A program made the position numbers and the translations under genes. From Tubulanus polymorphus (lineage: Eukaryota > Animalia > Nemertea), in the NCBI RefSeq assembly GCF_964204645.1, contig NC_134025.1, positions 26,702,299-26,766,298 on the forward strand: a DNA stretch of 64,000 bases, written 5' to 3'. Below the pieces are notes generated by a model, which saw nothing but the letters and a program-made list of their open reading frames with translations, did not search any database and was not told where the DNA came from. This document shows positions 34,608 through 47,030 of the stretch, in pieces; positions within the stretch are counted from its first letter, which is position 1, and every line of letters starts with the position of its first letter.

Positions 34608-37600
34608 ATGGCCGACGAGCAGCTTCAAACCCCCCAGCAGCAGCCGCAGCTAAACGAGAACGCTATATACTCGGCACCATCGATGGAAGAACAACAATCT
34701 ACAGAAAATAATCAAGTTGTTACCCAAATACAAGTGAATGGCGTCAATGGAGAGGTTTCGAGTGATATTTTACAGCGAGCGATGGCTGAAGCGTCCGCCG
34801 ATGGTAGTTTCGATCAATCCACGGATGTCGCGTATACAACGCCTCAAATCATCATTAAAGACGCTTCACCTCCGGTCGATGGCGCGGTTGATACTCAGAC
34901 AACTTTGATGGCTATAAGCAGTAATGCCGATGGTTCTGACGGAACGAGCTATACGATACCACCGGGCCATATTCTACAGACGGAAGACGGAATTCCGATA
35001 ACCATTAATGAAAATGGCGAGTTCGTCGTCGTTACTAATGTTAATCAGGTTGATGACAACACTTCTGCGGCGCCGACGGACACCGAGAGTTTACCGATGC
35101 CAACCGCTGTGGTAACTTCAGATTCTGGTGTATCCATGATTGTAACCAATCCAATTAATACAATCACCGAACAGCCATCCCAACAGCCGAATGAAGCACC
35201 CGGCACACCGACCGTATCGGCCATCGTAAAAGATGATGAAAACAGTAATCCTTTAGATCAGAATGATGAAGATGACGCGCCTCCTTTAGGATCGTCAGAA
35301 AATCCTATCCGAATAATTCAACAAGGAAATCATTATACGTCGATGCAGCAATTGACCCCGGATCAGCTGGCTCATATTATGCAGGTTTTACAACAACAAC
35401 AGGTCTCTAAACCGGTGCAAGACGTTTCACCCGGTTCGACGACGCTATTCAACCCAGAGACTAATACTCGAATCGTTTACCGAGTTATTTATCCATCTGA
35501 GCTTCATAAATCATCGGATAAAAAGACACCGACGCAAACGCCTAAAAAAATTCAATCGTCGATGTATGTCCGCGGTAGAGGTCGTGGACGGCCTCCGGGA
35601 TCGGGACGCGGGCGCGGACGTCCGCCGAAAAATATCGACTCGAGTAGCCAAGAACCGTGGGAGAGAATCAACGACGATTCGATCGACAGCGTGGAAATGT
35701 CTCGCGAAGAGAAGGAACTGAAAAAGAGAGATCGGCCGAAAACTCGCTCTGGACGCGTTTCGAAACCTCCGCGTCACATGGTGAAAGATTATCGCCGCAT
35801 TCATCTCGTCGAGTGGGACGAGGATTACGATGATTCCGATGCCGGATATTCCGATTTCCATGAAGAAGAAGCGCCTGAAAATCAAGAACTAGAAGATACA
35901 GAGTCTATCAAGTCTGGTGACGGTAAGTTCCATAGAAAATGTATGCGAATAAGCCACAGTTCTTTCTCATTTAACACAAACAATATTGATATGTCCATGT
36001 TAACATTTTTCTAGGCACTGGAAGCGTGTTTTTCAAAGCTCGAAAGTACAAATGTAAATCGTGCGATAAAGCCTATATCAGCCGGTTTCATTTGGGTCGA
36101 CATTACCAGTTTAATCCGGATCACGGTGAATTATCGGAAGACGAAGAGGAAGATGACATTCAAAGCAATGATTCATGTATGTTTTTCATTCTAGAATCTT
36201 ACAATTGGAGTGAAATAAGCTGTATCAGTTTTCTAAAGATTCCAGATGTTATTAAGAGAGCGATATGCGAAATGCAATTTTCATGGCCAGGGATCAAAGG
36301 GTAAATCCTCAAATTGGAGGTAAATCCTCAAATCTTGGTTACCACCATAGTAACAATCAGGTACCATGGTTAAATAACTGACAAATTTCAAAATGTTATT
36401 TGATTATTTTGTCCTCCCATATCCAATGAAAATCAGCCCGAATGAATATTTTCATTGATCCTAACTGAATGATGAAATTAAAATGTCCGATGGTCTCAAT
36501 CTGTACTTAATTGTTAAAATTTGTTTGCAGTTTCGAACAAACCGAAGAAATATAGTTGTGACACTTGTGGAAAGGGTTATGTTGCCAGAGCTGGACTTGG
36601 TAAACATTATCGAATGTTCCCGAATCACGGAACTTTAAGTGCGTTACATTAATACCGAGACATTTTTTATCTATCGTTACATGTACCGGTGAAGTCATAA
36701 CATTATTTCTGTTTGACTTATAGCTGCCAATGGTATGGACACTCCGAAGGCTTCTGGATCATTTTACCGAAGCGGCACTGAATCTCACGCTCGAAGAAAA
36801 GCCAGATTAAAGGAGGTATGAATTCTTGAACAATTACTTAGATTGTTGTTGAATTCTGGGTATTCTTCACTGATTTTCTGTTATTCTAGTTGGTTCGACA
36901 GTGCGACGACGAAGAACTGATGGAAATTGTATTGCCTCGATTGTCGAAAGTGATCACTCTTTGGGAGTTTCTACTGATGAAAACTGAGAAAGGTGTTCCA
37001 TTGAAACCACACGTTCCGGATATATATAAAGAATTCGAATCTTTGCACAGACAGATTCAGAAGATATTCAAGAGTTGTTTGAGGCCACTTTCACCAGATC
37101 AACGACCAGATTCTAAAAAGAACATAGTTGAGGTACGTTGACACCTTTAACTCTGAGACTAAAACGTTAGATTATCACTCCTAGCTCTTCCTGCTCTAAG
37201 CATTAAGCTAAAATTATGAAATTCTCTGTATTTAGGTAAAAAATGCAGCTCTGGCAGAAAGTTTCAACATGAAACAGGGCATTTATGAGGCAAATGATAT
37301 ACCTTTAACAGACCAGGAATTCCACTATAAACATCAACCAACACCGGGCAGTAGTAGTATGGCTACTAAACGAACATTTGACCAAGTTATCTCTGATCGG
37401 ATGATCGCATCCCTTAAACGACCACGATTTGAGTCAGATTCCCTCGAAAAATCGAATGGTTTAAATTCCGATACGTTATTACTACCGAATAATATTTCGT
37501 CGGATCTCGGTGATGAAAGCTACATTTTGGCTGCAGCTAAGTCGGCAGCCGCTTCCGTACTGAATTCGAGGAGTGAAAGTTTCGCCACTAATAATATCGT

Positions 37601-38549
37601 TAAGACAACAACAAACAGTAATGTTAACGCCATGGAAATGGAAGAGCAGGAAACAGAAGAGCCTCAAACAGATGTTATACAGATTCTGGATGAGGTTTCT
37701 GGTGCTATTCTGGAAAAAACTGTTCATCGAGAACCGAAGATTAACAGAACAGAAGCTATTATGAATACCACGAGAGTTGATAATTCAGTCGGTGATAAAG
37801 ATCCGATTAGAAATCAACTCATTGACGAGAACGCTACTAAAGTTCTGCCCGTGTCTTATCCTCTTGTCAGCAACAATGAAAACGAAATTATTCAATTCAA
37901 TCTCGATGACTTGCAGAAGAAAGTCGAATCGATGGGTTCTACAGATACTATTAAAATTGAAATCGATCCCGCGACTTCGTCAAATATCACCTGTCCTAAA
38001 GTTGAGGATACTGTCCTAAATGATCCTCAGTCCAATGTTGAACATAATACGAAAGAAACTGATATTGAAAATGAAACAAAAGAAACTGATTTTGAACACG
38101 AAACGAAAGAAACTGATCTTGAGTACGATACAAAAGAGACTAATTTAGTTGCGAATAATTCACCAGATACTGAGCTGAAGGCTGAACTCCCGAGTAATAA
38201 TACGGAGTCAGCTGATAGCAACAACGCTGTTTCAATGATGGATATGAAATCTTCACAACAGTTTTCTAGTGATAAATGTGTTCCACTGCCACCTGCGGAC
38301 GTCGCGCCGTCGGAAACAGCTCGCCGGGAAGAAGAAACGAGCGAAACGAATACAATACAAGGTCATTTAATCGCGCCGAATATCATTCAAACAACAGACG
38401 GCACGATATTCATCCAACGAAATGATGGTACAATGATGCAGTTACAGTCGTCTAGCGGTGAGGTGATCGCGTTAGAAACTTTACAAGCGTTAGTAGCGAT
38501 GGATCCGACTCAGTTACAGAATGTGCTGGATCAAACAGAAAGCTCTTGA
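34608..38549 (+). CDS. ZNF839: Zinc finger protein 839-like: acidic disordered protein with AT-hooks and two atypical C2H2 fingers
   Basis: KTRSGRVSKPP and ELMEIVLPRLSKVITLWEFLLMKTEKG..PDIYKEFESLH match remembered ZNF839 blocks. Fingers CKSCDKAY..HLGRHY..PDH and CDTCGKGY..GLGKHY..PNH; two GRGRPP AT-hooks. Confidence 0.8.
38050..38141 (+). repeat. Coding tandem repeat, about 27-bp unit x4 (TKETDxEx[E/D])
   Basis: NTKETDIENETKETDFEHETKETDLEYDTKETN in the ZNF839 last exon. Confidence 0.85.
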
Positions 38550-39793
38550 TAAAATGTTTGTTTCGTTATGCGCTCGAGTCGAACGTGACTTATTGTGTGT
38601 CGTGTTCGTATCTAATTTCGTTATTGAGACTTAATTTCATGGAAAAATTGAACTACCTGGTATGACTAAATATTACTTTTGCTACAAGACATCCCTATCC
38701 ATTTGTACTAAAGTTCAATTTTGATAATGCACCAAAATATTTGATCTGAAATGAATGATATATAAGATTACTTGGAAGAATTGATTTTGTTCAGCTTATT
38801 GGTAAGCATTGTTTTAAATTTTTGGACATTATATATTTATATTAACTAAATCAAATTACGTGGAGCTCCTATTCGACCTTTTGTATAGAAAATTATATAA
38901 ATGAAATAATTTGTACATAATAAATTGAATGTATCTCTTTTTCGTATCTTGATATGTAAAATTCATTCAGTTTCAATATATGTTACGCGCTGGTTCTTGT
39001 ATATCCATTGGCAGCTGGTTGAATATATGTAATAAATAACAATAATGTAAATATAATGTGTAATAGTAGATGTTGTTTAGAGAGATACGGAAATTATTAT
39101 TAAAACTGTATTATTATCATTTAATTAAGCCTCTTGTTGCCCAGACTTACTGAGTTTATGTTAGTTGTTATTATGGTACCTCTAATTACATGTATAACGA
39201 TTTTCAAAAAAGTTTCTTAATCAATTCATGTTGTAATGATCGCGACAAAATATTTTTACTTCCTTGGATGATCATAAAAATTAAATTTTTTCGATTGCGT
39301 TTGGTACCACTGCTACAATCAAAGTTGAAACAATAAACATTAACTTGTAAATATGAAATAATTTTTGCATTTTCCTTTCACTTCTACGGTTGTCAGTGTT
39401 GATATTTTGAATTTTCCGTTTGTTTCTTACTTTACAATCTGCTTAATTCAAAATTCATCTGGTTTACAGGAAACCCGGTCAAAAGTAATTTTCTTGTACA
39501 TGTATATTGATGAACAAATGGACTGCAAATACTGTCTGGATTAGACCAAACTCCAGATTAAGCCGATCCGGATGCGGATTTGATTGAACATAGATTCTCT
39601 CAATTGCTGATGCTGTGATAGTCGGAGCCATGCCAAGTGTCATCTCCATTTTGGGGGTATGCTTTGTAGCGGTTGAAACTGCTGCATACACGCCCTGATA
39701 GTCACTTCATAAAAAGTACCCTTGTAAATAAAAAAGTGGGAACCTACAAATCTATGTAGTACAAAACATAGTTCTTTTGGTGGTGTTTGAGTT

Positions 39794-40752
39794 TTATTTT
39801 AATCCCGTATCGATTAACATACTTTCTAACATGAATTTACTATTGGATTGTACGTATATTTGATGGATCCAGGCAGCACTATATGTCATTAATAAGTTTC
39901 TATCCGTTGTATGTGCCACATTCTCTTTAATTGTAACCTTTACATCGTATTCCTTCGTATACATCTCTACAATCTCCGATGCAACATCAGCTGAATTATA
40001 AACATTACTGACAGTTAAATATAGATACTTCAAGCAATACGAACACGTCCTCATCTAAATGAACTCACCGAATCTGCTCACCGGCCAAGTTAAAAAGAGT
40101 GGAGCTGTATCATCACTTTGTTGATGGCTATCTAGTTCAGCTATTCCCTGTAAAGACTGGACGACACGTTTCATTTTTGAAACCACTTTCTCCTGAAAGA
40201 AGAAAGAGATAGTTATCGATGTATCTTATGTGCAGAGTGACTGATCTTCATGTTAATACTTTACCATCGAGAATATAATTTTTTCTAATCCGTCACAATG
40301 AGGTTGTAACTCATCTGGCATAGCTGATGATTGTTCAGAATCACTATTTGTTGCACTTCTGCAATCGATTGTATTTAACAATTACTTAATGAACTGTTCA
40401 ATTTTGAATGCGCTCTACTGAACTGGTACTTACGAGATTTTGATGTTTGATATGCTACTGATTAAGTCTGCCCCTTGTGATAATAGCTTATCCCACTTAA
40501 ATATCTGATTGTGTAGATCAGCACAACTATCTTTCACTTTACGGCTTATACCTGTGAGGTTTCCTTGTTGTTTGGGTGTACGACTTTCCACAACTAAATT
40601 ACGTTTTGTTAAAAAATTACATGTTTATTGGCAATTAGCACACCTTGTAATTTACTCAACCTTTCAATAATACAGTAGAAGCATATTATACCTTTGGCAG
40701 GTGAGAATGATAACGAATTGTTTGCAGCGCCATTTGATTCCTCTTTGCTCAT
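39794..40752 (-). CDS. CINP: CDK2-interacting protein CINP
   Basis: LTGISRKVKDSCADLHNQIFKWDKL..ISSISNIKIS, APLFLTWPVSRF, YTKEYDVKVTIKENVAHTTDRNLLMTYSAAWIHQIYV..MLESMLIDTG. Confidence 0.88.
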
Positions 40753-41288
40753 CTCGCCAATTTACTGAAAAAATGTCAAGATGCGTTATCATCTGGATGT
40801 GTTACCATATCAAAGATGAATAATACATTATCAGCATTCCTCAAATCAAATTTCTTTTCACCATTTTAATCCACATTGCGAGTAGGCTATTTGTGAATTT
40901 TTCTTTTCTCTCAACGTCTGCAACACTGTTTTGAACCATTATGACACAACCAAGAATAGGATAATTACTAACAACCCGAAATCTACAAATTGCTAAAAAT
41001 GTTTTTCTTTATTTAACTGCTCAACAATGTAAAGTAATCATTAGGCTTCACAAAATGCATAACATAATTTCAAATCGAGTGGTGATAAGATACTAATCAT
41101 TTGAATGAGAGAAAATAACGATTAATGCTTATGACAATGAGAACAAATTTATCCTAATATTGGGTAAACTTGCGGCCGGTTAGTTCTAAGCGCATTCTAT
41201 TGTAACATTCTGAAAGAGTTCAGTGCAGAAATGAGTACAATAATTTCAATAAACGAGTCCTTTTCTTTACAACATGGCAATCATCTTA

Positions 41289-41957
41289 TCACAAGTTTGA
41301 TTCACAGTACTCATGTAAACTGTTAGCGCAATCTCCTGCCTGTTTGTTATTCGCTTTACAAATGTCCTTCAGCCATTCAATAAATAACTCGTCATTCTTT
41401 TTCAGAAGCAGATATTGACCCAAAATAATATAGGCCTGAAAGAGATACAAAAATATTACAAACATTTAAGATATCGATGTGTATGTTATACTATGGCATT
41501 TTCTAGTGAATTCTATAACTCATCCTGATTGGGCAGTACTGATGTTGAGCATGCACACTAAGGTATTGGACTGCGCTAAACCTAATCCTAACCCTAAAAT
41601 CCTTACTCTGACCCTTTTTTCTATCAATCTATGGTATTGGCAAAATAGTGTTTACTAGAATAATACCATTATAAGCAAAATATCCACTTCCTTAAAATAG
41701 ACAATGATCAACAATTGGCCGTTCCTAAATCATTTTCAATTCTCTATGTAAAGAAGATGGGGAATAATTTTTTGGCCATGCTCGAGATGATTTGATCTAA
41801 GTAGAATCTACTTCGGTGTTTGTGATTCTACCTTATCGCATCCTTTGTTCTTCAATCGTTCACCGAGGACTCCACCGATTCCAGGCAGTTCAGTCACAGG
41901 TTTATCACCCATTGGTTCCGATACAAAATTCCGATGTTTTGCTGATGTTGACGACAT
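41289..41957 (-). CDS. BANF1: Barrier-to-autointegration factor (two coding exons)
   Basis: [42 protein letters not shown]|[48 protein letters not shown]. Confidence 0.93.
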
Positions 41958-43680
41958 ATTCTGAAAAAAAAAATAAATGTTGATATCACTAACTTGTTTC
42001 TAACTTGTGAGGGCAAGGTATTTATTCGTACAAGGGGTATAGTTAACGAATTACCTTGACCTTCTGGTAGTACTCTGTTCCTTAAAAAATCAGCAAATTG
42101 ATTGTAAATGGGAAACTGTAAAAATATCCGTTAACAGGACTATATATTAACTCATCATCACAGCTTACGAAACTGCTTTAAACAACACTGATACTGATAT
42201 TGATAGCGCAACTGCCACATCACGGTGGCGGGGTGACCTAACAAGTAACTGCTGCGGTGAGACCCTAATGATTGTTCTCGTTTATTTCTCTTACATTTTC
42301 ACTTCATAAGCAATCTTTGTTTGTTAAGATTATGATGAATTAAACAAACAAAAGTTTGAATCAACACGGATTTCTATTCAGACTGAATAAAGATATGAAT
42401 TGGATTGTCCTGCTGGCGAGTGCCACACCGTCGTCACCAGCGCAGGCAGTGGTGTCTATGATGATGGAGAAAGAAGACCGGCGCTGCATGGAGAGATCGA
42501 CACCCAATTTAAATGCATTAATCAGTTTAGTTTAGGGATATAGTTACCTAGTTCGGTGTATGTGATTATTGTGCCGACTAACGGTCATATATACATATAT
42601 AGCGGAGAAATTTCAAGCAATAAGAAAAGTTTTTGACCGGGAAAACCTACTTGTAAATACGGTCAATGTTGACTCAGGGTGCGTAATCAATCAATGTCAG
42701 TCGGTTCGAATCCCGAATATCGTATTAAAAATCGTCTTCCGCTTCCAATATGAAAAAATGAATCAGGACAATAATGTGGAAGTAACTGAAACCCGATAAC
42801 TTTGCCATTAGAAATTAGGAATAAATTATAAATCCTCTTTCGCTGGAAAAGCTTCAGTCAAGCTAACCATACGTTTAAGCATAGAATTTATGATTTTCTT
42901 GACAAACAAACTTTGATTAATTGTTCACCAGTCAGGAAAATTTGTCATCAGGAGCTAATCGTAAAGTTTGCTTTTTGCGAAGTGAGGGCTCTTCATTCAG
43001 GTGAACGTTTTGAAGCAGTGAAATAGAAACCTACCTTACTTTCCGCTTAATAAAATGAGTTAATGATGTTCTTGACCCTCGTTAAACAAATCTATTTCAT
43101 TTAATTAATTATCCGTAATTTAATCAATTCATTTACACCGCAAACAGGTGTCTTTTTGTTCTTTGCGTCAGAGCAATCGGTCCCTTCTAGATCCAGAGTA
43201 CGCGGTAGTTTGCTGGCAATAAGGAGAACTCTGTTTTAAATGGTAGAACGGGTATTCAGACAATATGAAGGTTTACATCAGGAGAAAAATATCAGCAATT
43301 ATCTGGATTATCATAATGGCTATTTTACAGATCTCGGTGTATGATAGTAAGTTGATCAACATAAGTTATAATTAGACGAATGGGACTCTTACATATCTCA
43401 CCGGATGCGCGAAATTTGCAGAATTATTTTACGTATATTTCTTTTCAGATGTAACTCATCCGGCATCTCGAAACAGTAATTATTACATTAATTAATTAAT
43501 AATTTACACTATTAATTAATGCGGATCCATTTAGTTTATTTTCAAGATATTCGTTACCTTCCACTGATTCCTCGAAAAAGACAAATAAATAACTAACTAA
43601 ATTGAATATGAATTCTAAATATTTTACTGTATCATACATTTGTTTATTGCGAACTATCATATTTCAGGAGGTCATGGTGG

Positions 43681-43730
43681 TAGTTTATCACAACAATTTG
43701 GTCGCTAGTTTATCACAACAATTTGGTCGC
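43681..43730. repeat. Perfect 25-bp tandem duplication
   Basis: TAGTTTATCACAACAATTTGGTCGC x2. Confidence 0.95.
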
Positions 43731-43951
43731 TGATCCCTGTACAAAATAAGAACTTACTCAGTATAAATCTCCTTATACATATTTCCATAATATTTAATCA
43801 AAATAAATCTTTATGCAATACATTTATCTATTTATTTAAATTGTTCTTTTTTCTATTGGCCTTTTAATCATATAAGCTTATTTCAGGTGAATATATTTGA
43901 TTATATTTTCCTGGAATTTCTGTAGAGATTATCCACCGCAACACATGCTCG

Positions 43952-45839
43952 TTATTTAGGAGGAAACATTTGCCTTTCGTGCTTTTCGACGAAATCTCTG
44001 ATGGTATATTTGGTAACTTTGTCGTTCAATACGGAAGCTTGTTTGCTCTGGGGATCGATGATTGCAACGAGTGGAATCGCGTTCATATCGATGTGGAACT
44101 GGTCGCATATTACTCTTACCAGTGAACCATTCTCAACCTTTGAAATTGGAAAATAATGTTTACTTTTCAATGTTAACAAATCTTATCATCAACGTTAGTA
44201 AATTTAACGATCAAACGATCTTGCAGAAGTTAAGCTGGCCATAAAAAAATTCACTTTAGAGGTCAGACATGCCACTTTACATCACCGTCCTACCAATATA
44301 TAGGATAGAACATACCTTTCCGGAGTAGAAGAAAAACAAGTCCTGTTTTTCTCCTTTTTCGTGATATTTTAATGCAACGCCGTAAAGTGACGTTTCAGCT
44401 TCTTTTAATTGTGCGCTTGAACCGTCTAAATACAAAATATCGAAAATAATTCAAAACAAATATCAGCGCTGATGAAAATCCACCAATTAAGGCCTAAAAT
44501 CGATACCTGTGACATAAAGTAAAAATCTCTTTTTCGTCAGTTTGCTCAAGTGCTTTGAGGTTAATTCATGTACCGGTTTGGGAGGCCACGGAAAATCCTA
44601 CAATTACGAATCAATTACGTTTTCTTCAATACCTTCACTACCAATCACTTTGAAAACGCTAGTCATTACACTTACTTTGCAGGTTGGATCTTCCCTGAGG
44701 TGTAGACCACCTTCGGAAGTTATAACATCGAATTTCTCATTCAAGACTATCAAACGTGGGCATTCTGAAATAATAGATGCTGTCTTACATCCGTTTCATT
44801 GATTAGATATTTACTCTTCTCTTGCTTGCTTTACGTCGCCCAGGTCTTGGTTCCCCCAAGACTAACCCTATTTGATTACTGACCTGTTATCGCTAACGAC
44901 GCCTTCAAATTCATCCTCGATTCGATATCTGCATACTTGATGTAAAACCAAGTCATGCCACTGATATACTCTTCAAACTGGCATTGGTCGTCATCTGTAC
45001 TGACAAATATCAACTCGAAGTTTTCCCCACGCAATTTTAAATCGCTATACATTGTGTGAACCAGTGGAGTGAATTCATGTGATGGCGGACACTATAAACA
45101 ACACGGCCTTACGTCAGAAAATCTGCATTATCTATTTCGTAAAAAAAAAAACGGTCTAATATAAGTTACCTTGTAGAAATGTGCGGAAAAGAAGAGACAG
45201 ACGATTTTTCCAGTAATGGCCGAGAATGGAACAGCGACTTCATCGCATTTAAATGTTTGACAGATCTTCGCTGTTTCTAGAATTGTTTTCACTCGTTTAG
45301 GCTTCCACGGAAATTCATTGCCGTTTGGGTCATCAATGATTTTATCCTTAGCGTCCTCACAGATTGTCTCCCCAGTTATTCCGTCCACTAGTACCAGAGA
45401 CGGCACTTTAGTGACAGAAAATTTTTCTTGAATTGCTCTCTTAAAACAAAAAAGAACTCTTTTAGAATTTACGTTTGGAGCGCTTTATTAAACAATAAAA
45501 AAATAACCTCACCTGACGTTCCTTTTCCATCGGATGAAGAGCCAACCAAGGCATCAATCCTAGACAATCTCTCAAATTACCCGAATTCCGATCAGCAGCT
45601 AACAATATTACTCCAAAAGGATTTTTCAAGTTGTTCTTGTTATAAGTCCGATAAAATTCAACCAACTTAGATGTATATAGTCTACACGATTCAGACCCGG
45701 TCGTCGAAAAATACAAACCAACCACTTTAAACGCGTGAATGACTGTTTTAAGCGGCACATTTCTGCCTCTGGCGTCGATAATTGAATCCCCTAAAATATC
45801 GAACACCGTCCTATTTGCATACGTGAATGATAGACTCAT
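43952..45839 (-). CDS. Nucleoredoxin-like protein (tandem thioredoxin-like domains) with degenerate active sites
   Basis: VVGLYFSTTGSESC..KLVEFY, MPWLALHP, VPSLVLVDG, DDPNGNEFPWKPK, GKIVCLFFSAHFYK|CPPSHEFTP, DFPWPPKPVHELT. Confidence 0.85.
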
Positions 45840-47030
45840 TATGAAAGTACAAAAACGTCATTCATGGATTAAATTAGAAAACCATAAAACCGCTACTAAA
45901 TTCACTTAACGAACGAATCCAACTGTGATGCACTGCATGAGGTATAGAAAGCAATTCTGAAATTCTTGTTTGGTTTTTCTGTTATAGAGAACGTGAGAAT
46001 TGTTTGGTTGGTAATGTGGATATTTATTTCCAAGTCGTCAATGGTCCTTATGTGTTTGAGTAAAACCTTCCTTTTTAAATATGTTCAATATAAGAGAACA
46101 AGTTATAATTCCCAGCTCTTATACAAAGTACAAACACAGGAATTGAGTTTACTGTTGGGACTCGCGTATTTCGTAATGAGGTCATTATAAAATTGATAGG
46201 CCCCAATTACCCAGCATGAAATCACTCCCTCACAGGAAAGAAAGTACACCTACCCGAAATGACGCAAAACAACGGGCTTGAAAATGATTTCTTTTGAAAA
46301 TGCAGTTTTATCCTATCGCACCTGGACGAACAGTTAAAACAAAGCAGCTTCCTTAATCTAAAACTTCCTTCAATTGATTCACGGCAACCTTTTTCGTCAG
46401 AAATATCACAATTTATTAGTCATCGTTATCACCCATTTCGTGAACTACAGGCGATGATGGTTAATACAGTTTAAAAAGACCGGTTTTAATGACAGAATGG
46501 TATCATAATATTCCATTAATTTTTTAGAACCGATTAGAAACGAAGCGCCATACCCACTTTTCTGTTTGAAAGTTTTTAGTATAAATTATAGATAAATGAC
46601 AAATCAAAATAATCTTTACGGATCAGAAAGGTTTCGTCGCTTAATCACTGTCCATATTCGGTCACTGGAAAATGTAAATTGACTAGAACTATATAGGATT
46701 AATCGACGTCCCCGGGGTAATAAGCGAACAAGTCCAGCGACGTGCATTAGTCGGCCGTGTTTACCAATTACACACTAAACGGCCGAACCTAACTTCAAAT
46801 TCAAACATATATTGGATTTACTTGAGCGATTTTCAGTTCAAGACTTCTGCAAGCACCCAATACACATTAACGAATGACTTGTTTTCCAGTACTGTGTACA
46901 GGTGTAATAGAGGTAACCTCGGATCCCGTGTACATATTCAGGCATAATCATATACGTATATGTGTCCGACGGAAAATGACGGATTAGTGTGTAAAACATT
47001 TTTTAAGGGAACCACATAGAGGTGTAGAAA

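Noticed and set aside
35511-38224. Antisense and alternate-frame ORFs within ZNF839
   Set aside because: Shadows of long coding exons with no recognisable domains.
39479-39710. Structured-looking stretch and 70-aa ORF between ZNF839 and CINP (RNase P/MRP or snRNA?)
   Set aside because: No conserved boxes found. The TAATCYGGA-like words resemble the MITE at 15408, so it is more likely a decayed repeat.
41576-41615. Telomere-like CCCTAA run (telomerase RNA template or interstitial telomere?)
   Set aside because: Short, highly degenerate and intronic, with only one exact unit.
42454-42505. GGTGTC-ATGATGA...GACACC stem suggesting a C/D snoRNA
   Set aside because: Too short and lacks a CTGA D box.
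43681-43730. CRISPR-like repeat
   Set aside because: Two abutting copies with no spacer, in a eukaryotic genome.
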